This document shows positions 33,615-42,894 of a stretch of 64,000 nucleotides of DNA, piece by piece. Made by a program: the position numbers and the translations under genes. Within the stretch, counting starts at the first letter, position 1. The number at the start of each line of letters is the position of its first letter. The stretch is from a virus (taxonomy: Duplodnaviria > Heunggongvirae > Uroviricota > Caudoviricetes), in the IMG/VR virus record IMGVR_UViG_2711768056_000005, one strand, 5' to 3'. The notes below the pieces were generated by a model. The model had not been told where the DNA came from and searched no databases. It saw only the letters and a list, made by a program, of their open reading frames with translations.

Positions 33615-33835
33615 TATCGGTTAACCAGTTCCTTGTTGGTGGAGTCCAGGGTGTCAAACAGGGATGCAAATTCAGCATCCAGCGCCGCTTTTTTGTAGGC
33701 TTCAAAAGTAGCCTTGCTGACAATTACTGCTGGCTCACGGCCTCTGCGGGTGATTTCAACCTCTTCCCCGGCTTCAACATTGTTGAGCACTTCAGAAAGG
33801 TTGCCGCGCGCGGTACGGAAGTTAATGGATTGCAT
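33614..33835 (-). CDS. phd: Phd antitoxin
   Basis: 73 aa from [39 protein letters not shown]; stop overlaps doc start. Confidence 0.95.
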   Translation of the reverse strand: MQSINFRTARGNLSEVLNNVEAGEEVEITRRGREPAVIVSKATFEAYKKAALDAEFASLFDTLDSTNKELVNR

Positions 33836-33907
33836 AAACACCTCGTGTACTCGTTATGTGTACACAATTATAAACTTCACAGGCATAAAGCACCAGCACT
33901 TTGCAGC

Positions 33908-34297
33908 TTAAATCACCGGACAATCATCAAATTCCCCACTTCGGGTATCATTAATGACATGAGTGATCACACCAAACACAGCATTACTCCCCGTGCATCC
34001 ATCGTCATCCACTGGTAACGCCTCTTTCTTCCCGGTGCTTAAATCCTCCAGGTGCTGGCGCGGATACTTCCTGTATCTTTTTATGCGATATTCACCTTCC
34101 ATAGCGCAGACAAGCAGCGAACCATCAACCGGAGTAAGCGAGGAATCAACCACCAGCAAAGCACCCTGCAATATTCCCTCACGGTGATGGCTGTCTGCCG
34201 CCCGCATGAAGTAGGTCGCTGATGGATGCCTGATTAGTTGCTGATCAAGAGAAATTCTGCTTTCAACATAATCCGCCGCAGGAGAAGGGAAGCCCAT
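33908..34297 (-). CDS. humD: HumD, UmuD homolog (S24 peptidase-like)
   Basis: 129 aa; UmuD'-like fold; LexA box 20 bp upstream. Confidence 0.88.
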   Translation of the reverse strand: MGFPSPAADYVESRISLDQQLIRHPSATYFMRAADSHHREGILQGALLVVDSSLTPVDGSLLVCAMEGEYRIKRYRKYPRQHLEDLSTGKKEALPVDDDGCTGSNAVFGVITHVINDTRSGEFDDCPVI

Positions 34298-34316
34298 AGC
34301 GTTTTCACCTCAATAA

Positions 34317-34336
34317 TACTGTTCATTTATACAGTA
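34317..34336. promoter_or_regulatory. LexA (SOS) box TACTGTTCATTTATACAGTA
   Basis: Near-perfect match to TACTG-N10-CAGTA consensus, between humD and divergent + strand genes. Confidence 0.85.
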
Positions 34337-34471
34337 TACATTAAAGAGACACCTTTGGTGCAAACGCGTTACGTACATCAACCACCGCTGATGATTTTGT
34401 GCTCTTTGCTACTATTCATCACCAACGGATCAGCGTAACCTCGTTGCCAATCAGTTAATAAGGAATTAGCT

Positions 34472-35056
34472 ATGCCTAATCGCATTCCTCTCGATCCTGT
34501 ATTGCCCAAAAATTTTGACTGCACTCCTAACGAGAAACGCTCTAAAGCTCAGCTGGACGCCTGGTGGGATCATCCCTATGGGGTTACAGAACATGACGGG
34601 AAAATTGTTGTTTATTGTCTGAATGGTGGCGCGTGGGACCGTCCATCCGTGCTTGGTTTGGCAAATAACTATGATGAAGCCTGTGAACTTGCCGAAAGAC
34701 AGCAGGCTAGATGGGTGAAAACACGTTCTGAACCGACATTCATGTTTTCAAAAGAACCGCCATTTATACTGGCGAGGATGCCGCAGCGACCGGATCATCA
34801 ACAAGAAATTGTTGCTGAATTTTCCTCAAGGGATGAGATGAATCTCTTCTCATTAAAGCAGGAAGAAAGGGATCGCGTCGAAGTGTCTCCAACTCTCGAC
34901 CACAACCGGATGAACCTGGCCCAACTCGCCTGGTACAGCAAAGAATTAGAGATGTCTATTGCCCGGCTTGAAAACGAAAAAGCCGCTATCCAAGTCCAGC
35001 ACGAAGTAGTTCTGAACCGGATTAGAGAAATGCAAAACGATAACAGGGGATTTTGA
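34472..35056 (+). CDS. Hypothetical protein, divergent from humD (possibly LexA-regulated)
   Basis: 194 aa, RBS-like AAGGAAT upstream, coiled-coil C-terminus. Confidence 0.5.
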   Translation: MPNRIPLDPVLPKNFDCTPNEKRSKAQLDAWWDHPYGVTEHDGKIVVYCLNGGAWDRPSVLGLANNYDEACELAERQQARWVKTRSEPTFMFSKEPPFILARMPQRPDHQQEIVAEFSSRDEMNLFSLKQEERDRVEVSPTLDHNRMNLAQLAWYSKELEMSIARLENEKAAIQVQHEVVLNRIREMQNDNRGF

Positions 35057-35419
35057 ATGGCTAAAATCGAGTACCATCGCGATCGCGGTAATTACCTGGA
35101 AATATACGATCATGAATCTCTTAACGATATCAACGATGCGTTATATGAATACTGTGAAAAAATGAGCATCACAGATGCACCTGATGCATTTGTCGAGCTA
35201 CCGGTATATCTCCGCGACATCTATGCAATACGGACGCCGCCCGTATCGGTAATTCACATTGGCTATGTCCGCCTGTCCATCGAAGAAGATGAAGATCGTT
35301 ATATCGTGCGCCACTATACATTGGACAGAAAAGAGCTTCCCAATGAATGGAACATGAGTAATTTCTACAACGGTGAATATGGCTTAAAACCCGCTAAGAA
35401 TGGCGCGGGCATTGCGTAA
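35057..35419 (+). CDS. Hypothetical protein
   Basis: 120 aa, coupled to upstream ORF. Confidence 0.5.
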   Translation: MAKIEYHRDRGNYLEIYDHESLNDINDALYEYCEKMSITDAPDAFVELPVYLRDIYAIRTPPVSVIHIGYVRLSIEEDEDRYIVRHYTLDRKELPNEWNMSNFYNGEYGLKPAKNGAGIA

Positions 35420-35430
35420 TAGCCTAACAA

Positions 35431-35670
35431 CTATTCTGTTTTCTGATATGCTGGATCGTTCCCTTTTGGCAACTGGAGGCTTAACTGCCGGTAGTGCCGT
35501 AACCGTTCCATGAAATAGGTGCGCAGGTTCTCTGGTTGCTCGCGGGCTACCTGTTCAGCTATGACAGGTATGTTCAATCGCTCTTTGTACGCCACACCGC
35601 TGGCAGCCAGATCAACGTTAACCTTATCCTGTTCTTCCTGACTTTTAGCTGCAATATTCCAGTCGCTCAT
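35431..35670 (-). CDS. hot: Hot, homolog of DNA polymerase III theta subunit
   Basis: 79 aa; [37 protein letters not shown] closely resembles E. coli HolE. Confidence 0.85.
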   Translation of the reverse strand: MSDWNIAAKSQEEQDKVNVDLAASGVAYKERLNIPVIAEQVAREQPENLRTYFMERLRHYRQLSLQLPKGNDPAYQKTE

Positions 35671-35672
35671 AT

Positions 35673-35945
35673 TTAAGGCTCACATTTCCAGATGGTATTC
35701 TGAACACCCGAACCGGGCGCTAGATGAGGGTTAGCGTTCGCGCTATGCTGATATACTGCTTTAGACTTCCCATATTGCTGACAGGCTTTATCTGCGGTTT
35801 TTTGCAGGCTATCCAGGCCATACCAACCATCTGACTGTATGCTTACCTTTTCACCGTCGTTGTATTGCACCATTGCACACCCAGATATAGCCAGTATCGT
35901 GCCGACAATAACGCTTTCCCATAAAACTCTATGCAACATAGACAA
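35673..35945 (-). CDS. Small lipoprotein candidate
   Basis: 90 aa; signal peptide with lipobox ISGC. Confidence 0.45.
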   Translation of the reverse strand: MSMLHRVLWESVIVGTILAISGCAMVQYNDGEKVSIQSDGWYGLDSLQKTADKACQQYGKSKAVYQHSANANPHLAPGSGVQNTIWKCEP

Positions 35946-35984
35946 AAATCCCCTCTGTGAATTGAGGGGATTTTAGCATGGTGA

Positions 35985-36620
35985 TCAGATATCGGCCTTA
36001 TTCGGAATTTTATCAGCCACCAGCGGCAATAAAGCCCTGGCCATCTTATGAACCAATAGTGCATCAATAATGCCAAGCGTATGCCCTGGCTTAATGTTTA
36101 ATGCCGCCTCAAGGTGACATCTTTCCAGGCCACTTTTCTCGACTTGTTTATGATGATCTGGCGTAATAACGTCGCCCAAAACACGGCTAATTTTTTCTCG
36201 TAATTGCTGGGTGCCAGCACACTTGATCGCTGTATCGTGGAGACGGTTAACCAGTTCGCGATAAACATGCGGCTTAATGCGGATACGTTCACCGGTGACG
36301 CCCTTTCCTGGCGCTGGCACCGAACTATCCGGATAGTTGCCAGCCTCGTAAGCTACCCGCAGCCAGTGCATGAATGTTTCAGTGGACACACAACCACAGT
36401 CCACATCGATTTTTCCGCGTTGCTGTTCCAGCCACTGCTCAAAATTCAATCTACACGTATTACTTTCATGTTGCTCTTTTTGTCTCAAGGCCAGCATCTG
36501 CTGGGCTATTTCCAATACTTCATCTGCCGTATATCCAGCACCGTGACCATACATTTCGATACGGGAAATAATCTCTGATATACGCTCTTCAGTGATTCTG
36601 GTCATTTCTTTTTGCGCCAT
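35985..36620 (-). CDS. Hypothetical protein
   Basis: 211-aa ORF, no recognisable motif. Confidence 0.5.
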   Translation of the reverse strand: MAQKEMTRITEERISEIISRIEMYGHGAGYTADEVLEIAQQMLALRQKEQHESNTCRLNFEQWLEQQRGKIDVDCGCVSTETFMHWLRVAYEAGNYPDSSVPAPGKGVTGERIRIKPHVYRELVNRLHDTAIKCAGTQQLREKISRVLGDVITPDHHKQVEKSGLERCHLEAALNIKPGHTLGIIDALLVHKMARALLPLVADKIPNKADI

Positions 36621-36976
36621 TTCTTTTCACATTCCTTAGTCCATTTTTCAATGTTCATTTTGGCAATATCAGTCATTCCATCACCTAAGAAATACTTTTT
36701 CCGGTATGTCTTGCACTTAAACCACACTACAACAGCCACCAGCCAGAAAATAAAAGGCCATACAGCAATACCAACGACAGCCGCGATAAAGCCCAATAGC
36801 CATAAATGAAGCTCTCCAACTTCTGTTTCCGGCAATATTCTTAAAGAATTAAACAGCAGGCTGAACGAATGGTCGTATGCATTGGCAGTATAAGACATGC
36901 AATCCATATAATTAAAGTCATAGCCTGCGGCTGCCGCCCATAATGGGCGGTCAAGAAAATGTTTTAGTGTCATCAT
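36602..36976 (-). CDS. Membrane protein (two TM helices, Lys-rich C-terminus)
   Basis: 124 aa; LWLLGFIAAVVGIAVWPFIFWLVAVVVWF; AT-rich coding region. Confidence 0.45.
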   Translation of the reverse strand: MMTLKHFLDRPLWAAAAGYDFNYMDCMSYTANAYDHSFSLLFNSLRILPETEVGELHLWLLGFIAAVVGIAVWPFIFWLVAVVVWFKCKTYRKKYFLGDGMTDIAKMNIEKWTKECEKKWRKKK

Positions 36977-36982
36977 ATAAAT

Positions 36983-37372
36983 TTAAGGTTCAGACCAGTT
37001 ATCTTCAATAGCAATGCTTAATCTTTGTAGCCATTCTGCTAATTTCAGCATTGCTTCTCTTTCGCTTAAACCACGAGGAAAATCATCAAGCGAAATTGTT
37101 GGCTTGAATCCCCCGCAATTATCCATTTCAACTGTCAGATTTTGTTCCAGCACGGTATTTCTTACGCGGCTATTGTGCCGGAGCAAATATACTGAGAGTG
37201 ATTTATTGGTTTTGTGGTCTAGCTTATATTCGGTAAGTATCATCTGGCTTTTGCCATGATTATTACCTCTCCACATACTTACCTCACTTAATAAAACAAC
37301 TCCATGCGTAGTTGATGATTTTTTCCCACGTAATATAAATCTGCACTCCGGCAGTAAAACCAAAGCCAACAA
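36983..37372 (-). CDS. Hypothetical protein (AT-rich)
   Basis: 129-aa ORF; start uncertain. Confidence 0.4.
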   Translation of the reverse strand: MLALVLLPECRFILRGKKSSTTHGVVLLSEVSMWRGNNHGKSQMILTEYKLDHKTNKSLSVYLLRHNSRVRNTVLEQNLTVEMDNCGGFKPTISLDDFPRGLSEREAMLKLAEWLQRLSIAIEDNWSEP

Positions 37373-37454
37373 TTGCTGAAAAAATCAAAACATTTACTTT
37401 TGACATTATAAATTTTCTCTCGGTGTCGTAGGTGATAGCACCATAATTGATAAT

Positions 37455-37688
37455 TTAGTGAGTTAGCAGTTCCATTTTTTTGATGATTTCCGCATGAGCA
37501 TCATCGTTATCAACACTTAGCTCGTTTAATGCTTCTCGCACTACATCAACTTCTTCAGGCTGAAAGAAGTCGTCGCGGTAATCACCAAATAGAACCGAAA
37601 CCAGCCTGCCACCAGCAACATCAAGATTGGCGCTAACAGGTGGCTCTTTGCCATCCTCAAATTCGACTACAAAAGTTAATTTTCCCAT
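37455..37688 (-). CDS. Small acidic hypothetical protein
   Basis: 77 aa. Confidence 0.4.
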   Translation of the reverse strand: MGKLTFVVEFEDGKEPPVSANLDVAGGRLVSVLFGDYRDDFFQPEEVDVVREALNELSVDNDDAHAEIIKKMELLTH

Positions 37689-37764
37689 CGTTACCCCCAG
37701 AAGATAAAAATAGCGGCAATCGCCATAGCTACGCCTACAATCGCAAATGCTTCAGGCCAGCTTA

Positions 37765-38025
37765 TTACCTCACCTCCAGTCTCCATACCGCCTGACCAAT
37801 CCGGCTGGCATGTGTATCTTTGGATACTGTTCCATCTTTAGCCAGCTCCATAAGAATTTTGCGCAAATCTGCCGAACGCCATTCTTCATCAGGAAATTCC
37901 TTCTCCATTGCCAACCGCAGATTCCAGGTTGCTATCGTGAATGGATATTCCCCGCCGAGAGCTTTCTCTTGCAGGGCAGCACGGGAACGTATCACCTGCA
38001 AAACCTTCTCTTTTACATCCATCAT
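37765..38025 (-). CDS. Hypothetical protein
   Basis: ORF 37765-38097; likely start MMDVKEKVL coupled to upstream stop. Confidence 0.4.
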   Translation of the reverse strand: MMDVKEKVLQVIRSRAALQEKALGGEYPFTIATWNLRLAMEKEFPDEEWRSADLRKILMELAKDGTVSKDTHASRIGQAVWRLEVR

Positions 38026-38720
38026 TTTGCCTCCTGCGGCGGTTCTGGTAGCGGCATCCAGTGTGATGGTATCCACGACGCACCAGGTATTACCCACCCA
38101 TCATTAGCGTCAGGATGCCCCGGGATGTAAGTCGCCCATTTCATTCGCCAGTCACCTTTCCTGTCAAACTCCCTGGCAACAAGAACGGCTGTTTTGGTAT
38201 CCGGCATTCGCTCACTACAGCTTATCCAACTATCCGGAATTACCGGATAGTTGCCCGACAGCTTGTTCAACTTGTAAGTCTGGCTTACAGGTTTGGCACC
38301 ATGAAGCATGGCGTCGCTCCGCTCTATGCCATCCAGCGCGATTCGCAGTGCCTGAATTGTGGTAGAGCTATCGTTTGGGGCTATTCCATATCGCTCGAAT
38401 ACAGCTAAATGGTTGCGCATAATCTCAGGCGTAAGCTCTTTGTAAGCATAAGCAAGAGGCTCTGATGCATTATCCGGCACAACCGACGCAAGCGCGGCAG
38501 CATAAACAGGAATAACGTCCACTTGCTCTTTATTGCTTTCATCCGTTAAAGCCCAGAATAATTTCCCGGCCGGATGTTTGAAAATATAAGCAATTGGTTC
38601 TGCTTCCAGCGATGCCAGTGCAATTTCATACGACCGTCGCTCAATATTGTCTCGCACGTCCAGGCTGCTGATACGCTCTTTGATTTCTTTAATCAGTTCT
38701 TTGTCGGTTAAAGTGGTCAT
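38022..38720 (-). CDS. Phage protein with DUF551-like C-terminal domain
   Basis: 232 aa; C-terminal ...WIPSHWMPLPEPP typical of DUF551. Confidence 0.5.
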   Translation of the reverse strand: MTTLTDKELIKEIKERISSLDVRDNIERRSYEIALASLEAEPIAYIFKHPAGKLFWALTDESNKEQVDVIPVYAAALASVVPDNASEPLAYAYKELTPEIMRNHLAVFERYGIAPNDSSTTIQALRIALDGIERSDAMLHGAKPVSQTYKLNKLSGNYPVIPDSWISCSERMPDTKTAVLVAREFDRKGDWRMKWATYIPGHPDANDGWVIPGASWIPSHWMPLPEPPQEAK

Positions 38721-38730
38721 AAATTATGCC

Positions 38731-39057
38731 TCAGTTGTATCCGATTGGATTAACCGCAACAAGAACGCCATCCGCGAACAAATCTTTAATGAGGTGTTCG
38801 CTCGGCTCGCCTTTTTCGTACTCTTCAATAAGGTAAGTGTCTCCATCTTCATTGATATAAACAGGAAGGATGGAGCCGTTGATAAAGTAGGTTCCGTTGT
38901 TATCGAGGATTTTTGCCTCGGCGATTTGTTTTTTGGTAAAACGCTCTTCTTTTGTCAAAGTTGCCATATCAGCTTTCCTTATATGGGTTGATTTTGTTGT
39001 GCAATGTGTTGAACGACGCCCATACCACGTCGTTATACAATTCAATAACTGGCTCAA
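38731..39057 (-). CDS. Hypothetical protein
   Basis: ORF 108 aa; probable start MATLTKEERF. Confidence 0.4.
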   Translation of the reverse strand: MSQLLNCITTWYGRRSTHCTTKSTHIRKADMATLTKEERFTKKQIAEAKILDNNGTYFINGSILPVYINEDGDTYLIEEYEKGEPSEHLIKDLFADGVLVAVNPIGYN

Positions 39058-39188
39058 TTATTTTCCCGATTCCCCATACCAGAATTAACGGGGATATCGG
39101 TATCATCAACACGATAAACAGAATGAGAAACAGAAATTCTGTTATTCGGCTTCTTCGCGGATATTCTTTTCTGAATAATGTTGGCACA

Positions 39189-39410
39189 TCACTCTCCTTT
39201 GCCCGCAGCTTTCGCCTGCTCTTTAGCAAGTCGCTCCGCTTCTCTGAAGTCCCAATCCACTCGATGTGCGATATCAATTGCAGAACGCACGGTTCGTTCA
39301 ATTAGCGTATCCAGGTTATCAATTGTCATTGCCATATCTGGATTTCGAGATAAAATCTCCGCCCTCTGAATCTGCCAGTTGTTACAGGTTTCAAGTAATG
39401 AGTTAGCCAT
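39189..39410 (-). CDS. Hypothetical protein
   Basis: ORF 39189-39482; probable start MANSLLETCNNWQ. Confidence 0.4.
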   Translation of the reverse strand: MANSLLETCNNWQIQRAEILSRNPDMAMTIDNLDTLIERTVRSAIDIAHRVDWDFREAERLAKEQAKAAGKGE

Positions 39411-39411
39411 A

Positions 39412-39600
39412 TCACTCTCCTTTAGTGCGCAAGTGGTTTTTCCAGCGGTTTTGCGCCGCGCTGGGCTTTTTGCAAAAACCACAATCCATCATCCCGTAAT
39501 ATTTCATCAACCCCATCCGTCGGTTGCTGAGTCTCACCCACTGCCAGACGCCAGGAGCGTTTCTACGAACTAACAGAATCTTTGCTTTACGGTTTTTCAT
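39412..39600 (-). CDS. Small basic protein
   Basis: 62 aa. Confidence 0.3.
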   Translation of the reverse strand: MKNRKAKILLVRRNAPGVWQWVRLSNRRMGLMKYYGMMDCGFCKKPSAAQNRWKNHLRTKGE

Positions 39601-39773
39601 CGTTTTGCTCTCCTGCGTCTCTTTGCTGCTCGTCGTGCCGATGCAATACCGGTATGGCGGCGCTTTGGTGCCGGGATGATGTTGTCAGCCATCAGGACAT
39701 GTGGCTTTGCAATTAGCGCAGAAGCCCAAAAACGAGTCGGGTACGGTAACAAGCCGAAAAATGCCACACGCAT
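39597..39773 (-). CDS. Small Arg-rich protein
   Basis: 58 aa, overlapping stop/start with both neighbours. Confidence 0.3.
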   Translation of the reverse strand: MRVAFFGLLPYPTRFWASALIAKPHVLMADNIIPAPKRRHTGIASARRAAKRRRRAKR

Positions 39774-40696
39774 TACTCACCTCCTTTGATGCGAATGCCA
39801 GCAAGCCAGTTTCTTATGCCGATATATTCAGCGTTCCTGAAACCGCTTTTTACATATATAAATGGCAAGCGAAGATTGTGACCATTGACTGCCAGGTAGT
39901 CTTTACAACCCTGTTCGGTGAAACAGCAGGTAACGAATTCATCAATATCTTTCACAGCAACGCGCCGCCATTTTTCTGGTGGCTCTCGAAAGTTTTCGTG
40001 AAGTAGTTCGAGACGACGACTTTGGCGTTTATTGGCTTCATTGCCATCTTCATCAACCCAGACAATCCGGTCATAGTCATAATCAGCATCAACAACGATT
40101 TCGCGCTTTTGATACACACAAAACATAGGGTCTGACGTTATTCGATTATCCTGTGTTCGAATATTTTCACCGATGATGCCAAACGAATCTGGTGCAGATT
40201 TTGTCTGCAACTCTTCGATGCGTTCAGCCATCGCAGCACACTCTTCAAAGTTGCTTAATGCTTTTCGCTCCCATTCAGCGCATTGTTTTTCCAGTTCTGC
40301 TATGCACTTACTTCCATCCGAGATAACACCTTCGTAATACTCACGCTGCTCGTTGAGTTTTGATTTTGCTTCCTCAAGCTCAACTCTCAGCTTCCCTACC
40401 GTTAGCGCAATATCCTCGTTCTCCTGGTCACGGCGTTTGATGTATTGCTGGTTTCTTTCCCGTTCATCCAGTAGTGCCAGCACGGTTTCTGGTCCGGCCA
40501 GAAATTTGAAGGCGTTGAGCGCATCAATATCCACACCGTAATCTTTAAGTTCCTGTTCACTTAACAAATCATCATCAGCTGGCAACATTAACAGGCGTTC
40601 CATTGCTGGAATTGCACGTTTCGCCACCTCACGCAATGCCTGGTAATTAATTTCGCTCACTGGTTGCCTCCTTTGCGGAGTTGCGCTGCGATGCAC
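39773..40696 (-). CDS. Ea22-like coiled-coil protein
   Basis: 307 aa, central coiled coil, resembles lambdoid Ea22/Ead family. Confidence 0.45.
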   Translation of the reverse strand: MHRSATPQRRQPVSEINYQALREVAKRAIPAMERLLMLPADDDLLSEQELKDYGVDIDALNAFKFLAGPETVLALLDERERNQQYIKRRDQENEDIALTVGKLRVELEEAKSKLNEQREYYEGVISDGSKCIAELEKQCAEWERKALSNFEECAAMAERIEELQTKSAPDSFGIIGENIRTQDNRITSDPMFCVYQKREIVVDADYDYDRIVWVDEDGNEANKRQSRRLELLHENFREPPEKWRRVAVKDIDEFVTCCFTEQGCKDYLAVNGHNLRLPFIYVKSGFRNAEYIGIRNWLAGIRIKGGE

Positions 40697-40896
40697 GAAA
40701 AAAAAGACTCCCGAGTATGACAGTTAAGAGCTGGTACGAACGCCGCGTTAAGAACGGCGGCATCACAGCCGTCATCAATATAGAGCGCAATTTTTTTCTC
40801 CAGGCGCGCTTTGGCTTCTTGCAACTGCATACCCCGGCACGCACGCGGGATATAATCAGCAATTTGAGCGATAGCTTTTTCGTTCTGTTTAAACAT
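40657..40896 (-). CDS. Hypothetical protein
   Basis: 79 aa. Confidence 0.35.
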   Translation of the reverse strand: MFKQNEKAIAQIADYIPRACRGMQLQEAKARLEKKIALYIDDGCDAAVLNAAFVPALNCHTRESFFSCIAAQLRKGGNQ

Positions 40897-41092
40897 GCTT
40901 CACCTCGATAGGCTTGATGGTGTCTAACAGCAGTCGGCGGCGCGTATTTTCTGCAAAATGGCGGCGTCCAGTTTCTTTGTGGTAAAACTCGTTTTTGCCA
41001 ACGACCCACATCCGCTCTGTTTGGTGCAGTTTTTTTACCTTCGGGCCATCTTTGGTGATCACGGTACCGGTATGGGTTTTTACGATTGTCAT
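40889..41092 (-). CDS. Hypothetical protein
   Basis: 67 aa. Confidence 0.4.
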   Translation of the reverse strand: MTIVKTHTGTVITKDGPKVKKLHQTERMWVVGKNEFYHKETGRRHFAENTRRRLLLDTIKPIEVKHV

Positions 41093-41967
41093 TCCACTAC
41101 CTCTTCGAATTTCAACTCCAATTGGTCACCCCAGATTTCACATGATTCGGAACACGAACCAGTATCAAACCGCTTGGCCAGCACCATCGCCTGATACAAA
41201 TTTCTGTAGTCACTGTTGGCATACATTCTGGCAATCCCGTCAAGCGTCAGGTGGCCACGGTACATAACGTCTTTACCTGTTCTGCGATGACCATCCCTGA
41301 CGTGTTTGCCTGTAACCAGTTCATTAAAAACCCGCATCAGACCAGGTTCGTCTTTACATGCAAGCCCCAGCTTTTGCGTTGACTTTTTGATGCAAAAAAC
41401 ACAGTTCCCGAGGTGCTCCGGGATTTGCAAATCAAAAGGTTGTTTTCGCCACCACCGGATAACATCCGACTTATCAAAATCTGACAGCTCGGCAAGATAC
41501 CGGACGCCCGGTTTCGGTTTCAGCCTACGGGGTTCGTCCGCACGAATACCTAGCCATGTGATGTAATTCCCTCGCCCAAAATGGTCATCGCAATATTTCG
41601 TGAAAGGGGTGAGTTTTAGCCTGTCAGTACAGAACGCGCCGCCGATGTATGGCGTACCGTACTTTTTAACCATGTCCATAAACGGTTTAAGCACCGGCAT
41701 TCGCGTCTGAATATCCTTTGGTTCCCATTCCGTATAACCATTTGGCTGCCCAAGTTCTGGATTTATATCGACCTGCAACACCGTTAGCGGTACGTTCCAG
41801 AACTTCACAACCTCACGAATAAAGCGATACGTCAGAGGATGTTCACAGCCGGTATCCATAAAAATGAAATGGACGCTAGCGCCAGCTTTTCGCTGTGCTT
41901 CCATCAGATGAACGAGATAAGCTGATGTTCGTCCACCTGAAAAGCTGACGACTTGATGCATACTCAC
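41089..41967 (-). CDS. PAPS reductase-like PP-loop ATP pyrophosphatase family protein
   Basis: 292 aa; N-terminal VSFSGGRTSAYL (SGGxDS PP-loop); C-terminal Cys cluster. Confidence 0.7.
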   Translation of the reverse strand: MSMHQVVSFSGGRTSAYLVHLMEAQRKAGASVHFIFMDTGCEHPLTYRFIREVVKFWNVPLTVLQVDINPELGQPNGYTEWEPKDIQTRMPVLKPFMDMVKKYGTPYIGGAFCTDRLKLTPFTKYCDDHFGRGNYITWLGIRADEPRRLKPKPGVRYLAELSDFDKSDVIRWWRKQPFDLQIPEHLGNCVFCIKKSTQKLGLACKDEPGLMRVFNELVTGKHVRDGHRRTGKDVMYRGHLTLDGIARMYANSDYRNLYQAMVLAKRFDTGSCSESCEIWGDQLELKFEEVVE

Positions 41968-41970
41968 GGT

Positions 41971-42699
41971 TTATTCCTGAATGCGCTTAAACTCGATTAC
42001 CCACACCCAGGGATTAGCGTTCCAGCTTTCTTCACCATAGATGGATTCCCACAGGCGCTGGAACGCAACCTTGGCCATTGCGAAATCCCCCTTGGGAGTA
42101 AGGAATGTTCCCGGGTGATCAGGAAGCAAACTTCCAGCAGGCGGAACGCCCTCATCCCTTGCATCGCATTCGCTGATATCGTTCAACCGCTCAACGCGCA
42201 CGTTGGTAATTTCCAACAGGATGCGTGATGCCCATCGCGGCATGTGAATTGATGGACGCCACCCACCATCAAACTTTTCATTCACAGTGTGAGGTTTCCA
42301 GTCGGCATCATCGGGTATCGACCATAAACCGTAATCACCAGGCTTTTGCTCACAACTGGCCCGATAAATCCTTGCTGCGTTCTTCTCATCGCCACGACAA
42401 AGGTTGTCGTTCCAGTCCACACTGCAACCATCTTCATTGCCTAATATCGCCCATGTTTCACGAACCCAAATTCGATCGCCGACGATACCAAAGGGGCAAT
42501 TGAAAACACTGCTTACACCATCAGCCCCGTACCACTGAAAACCTGCACCAATTTCCCTAACCATCACTGGTGCTTCTGGACCAACTTCCGCAGGCTGATT
42601 TTTCATTATCCGCCGCGTCTGCGTTTTCCTTCCTTCGAGGATGGCTCGGACCATCTCATCGTTGAAAATCATGCCGCGCTCTTTCACTTCGCCTTTCAT
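41971..42699 (-). CDS. ASCH/PUA-like domain protein
   Basis: 242 aa; N-terminal MIFNDEMVRAILEGRKTQTRR typical of ASCH-like proteins. Confidence 0.5.
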   Translation of the reverse strand: MKGEVKERGMIFNDEMVRAILEGRKTQTRRIMKNQPAEVGPEAPVMVREIGAGFQWYGADGVSSVFNCPFGIVGDRIWVRETWAILGNEDGCSVDWNDNLCRGDEKNAARIYRASCEQKPGDYGLWSIPDDADWKPHTVNEKFDGGWRPSIHMPRWASRILLEITNVRVERLNDISECDARDEGVPPAGSLLPDHPGTFLTPKGDFAMAKVAFQRLWESIYGEESWNANPWVWVIEFKRIQE

Positions 42700-42708
42700 G
42701 CATCCCCC

Positions 42709-42795
42709 TTACCCATGCGCGACGATGCCGCCAAAAGTGATAGAGAACAGCCAGAAATAGATCGCGGCCATAATGATTTTGAATGCCGTGTTCAT
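42709..42795 (-). CDS. 28-aa hydrophobic leader peptide (MNTAFKIIMAAIYFWLFSITFGGIVAHG)
   Basis: AGGAG RBS 6 nt upstream; first ORF after C1 operator. Confidence 0.35.
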   Translation of the reverse strand: MNTAFKIIMAAIYFWLFSITFGGIVAHG

Positions 42796-42877
42796 ATTTT
42801 CAGCTCCTGTGATTGATTGGATACATGCCGCGCCTTGCGGCATGTTTTTATTTTCACTTTCTCTGTTTTAAAAATCA

Positions 42878-42894
42878 ATATTTATTAGAGCAAT
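42878..42894 (-). promoter_or_regulatory. C1 operator (16/17)
   Basis: Reverse complement ATTGCTCTAATAAATAT. Confidence 0.6.

Noticed and set aside
42823-42852. Hairpin CATGCCGCGCCTTGCGGCATG with T-run as terminator of a + strand gene
   Set aside because: No + strand gene ends here; the T-run is on the strand opposite to the local operon, so any terminator role is unclear and it is not annotated.
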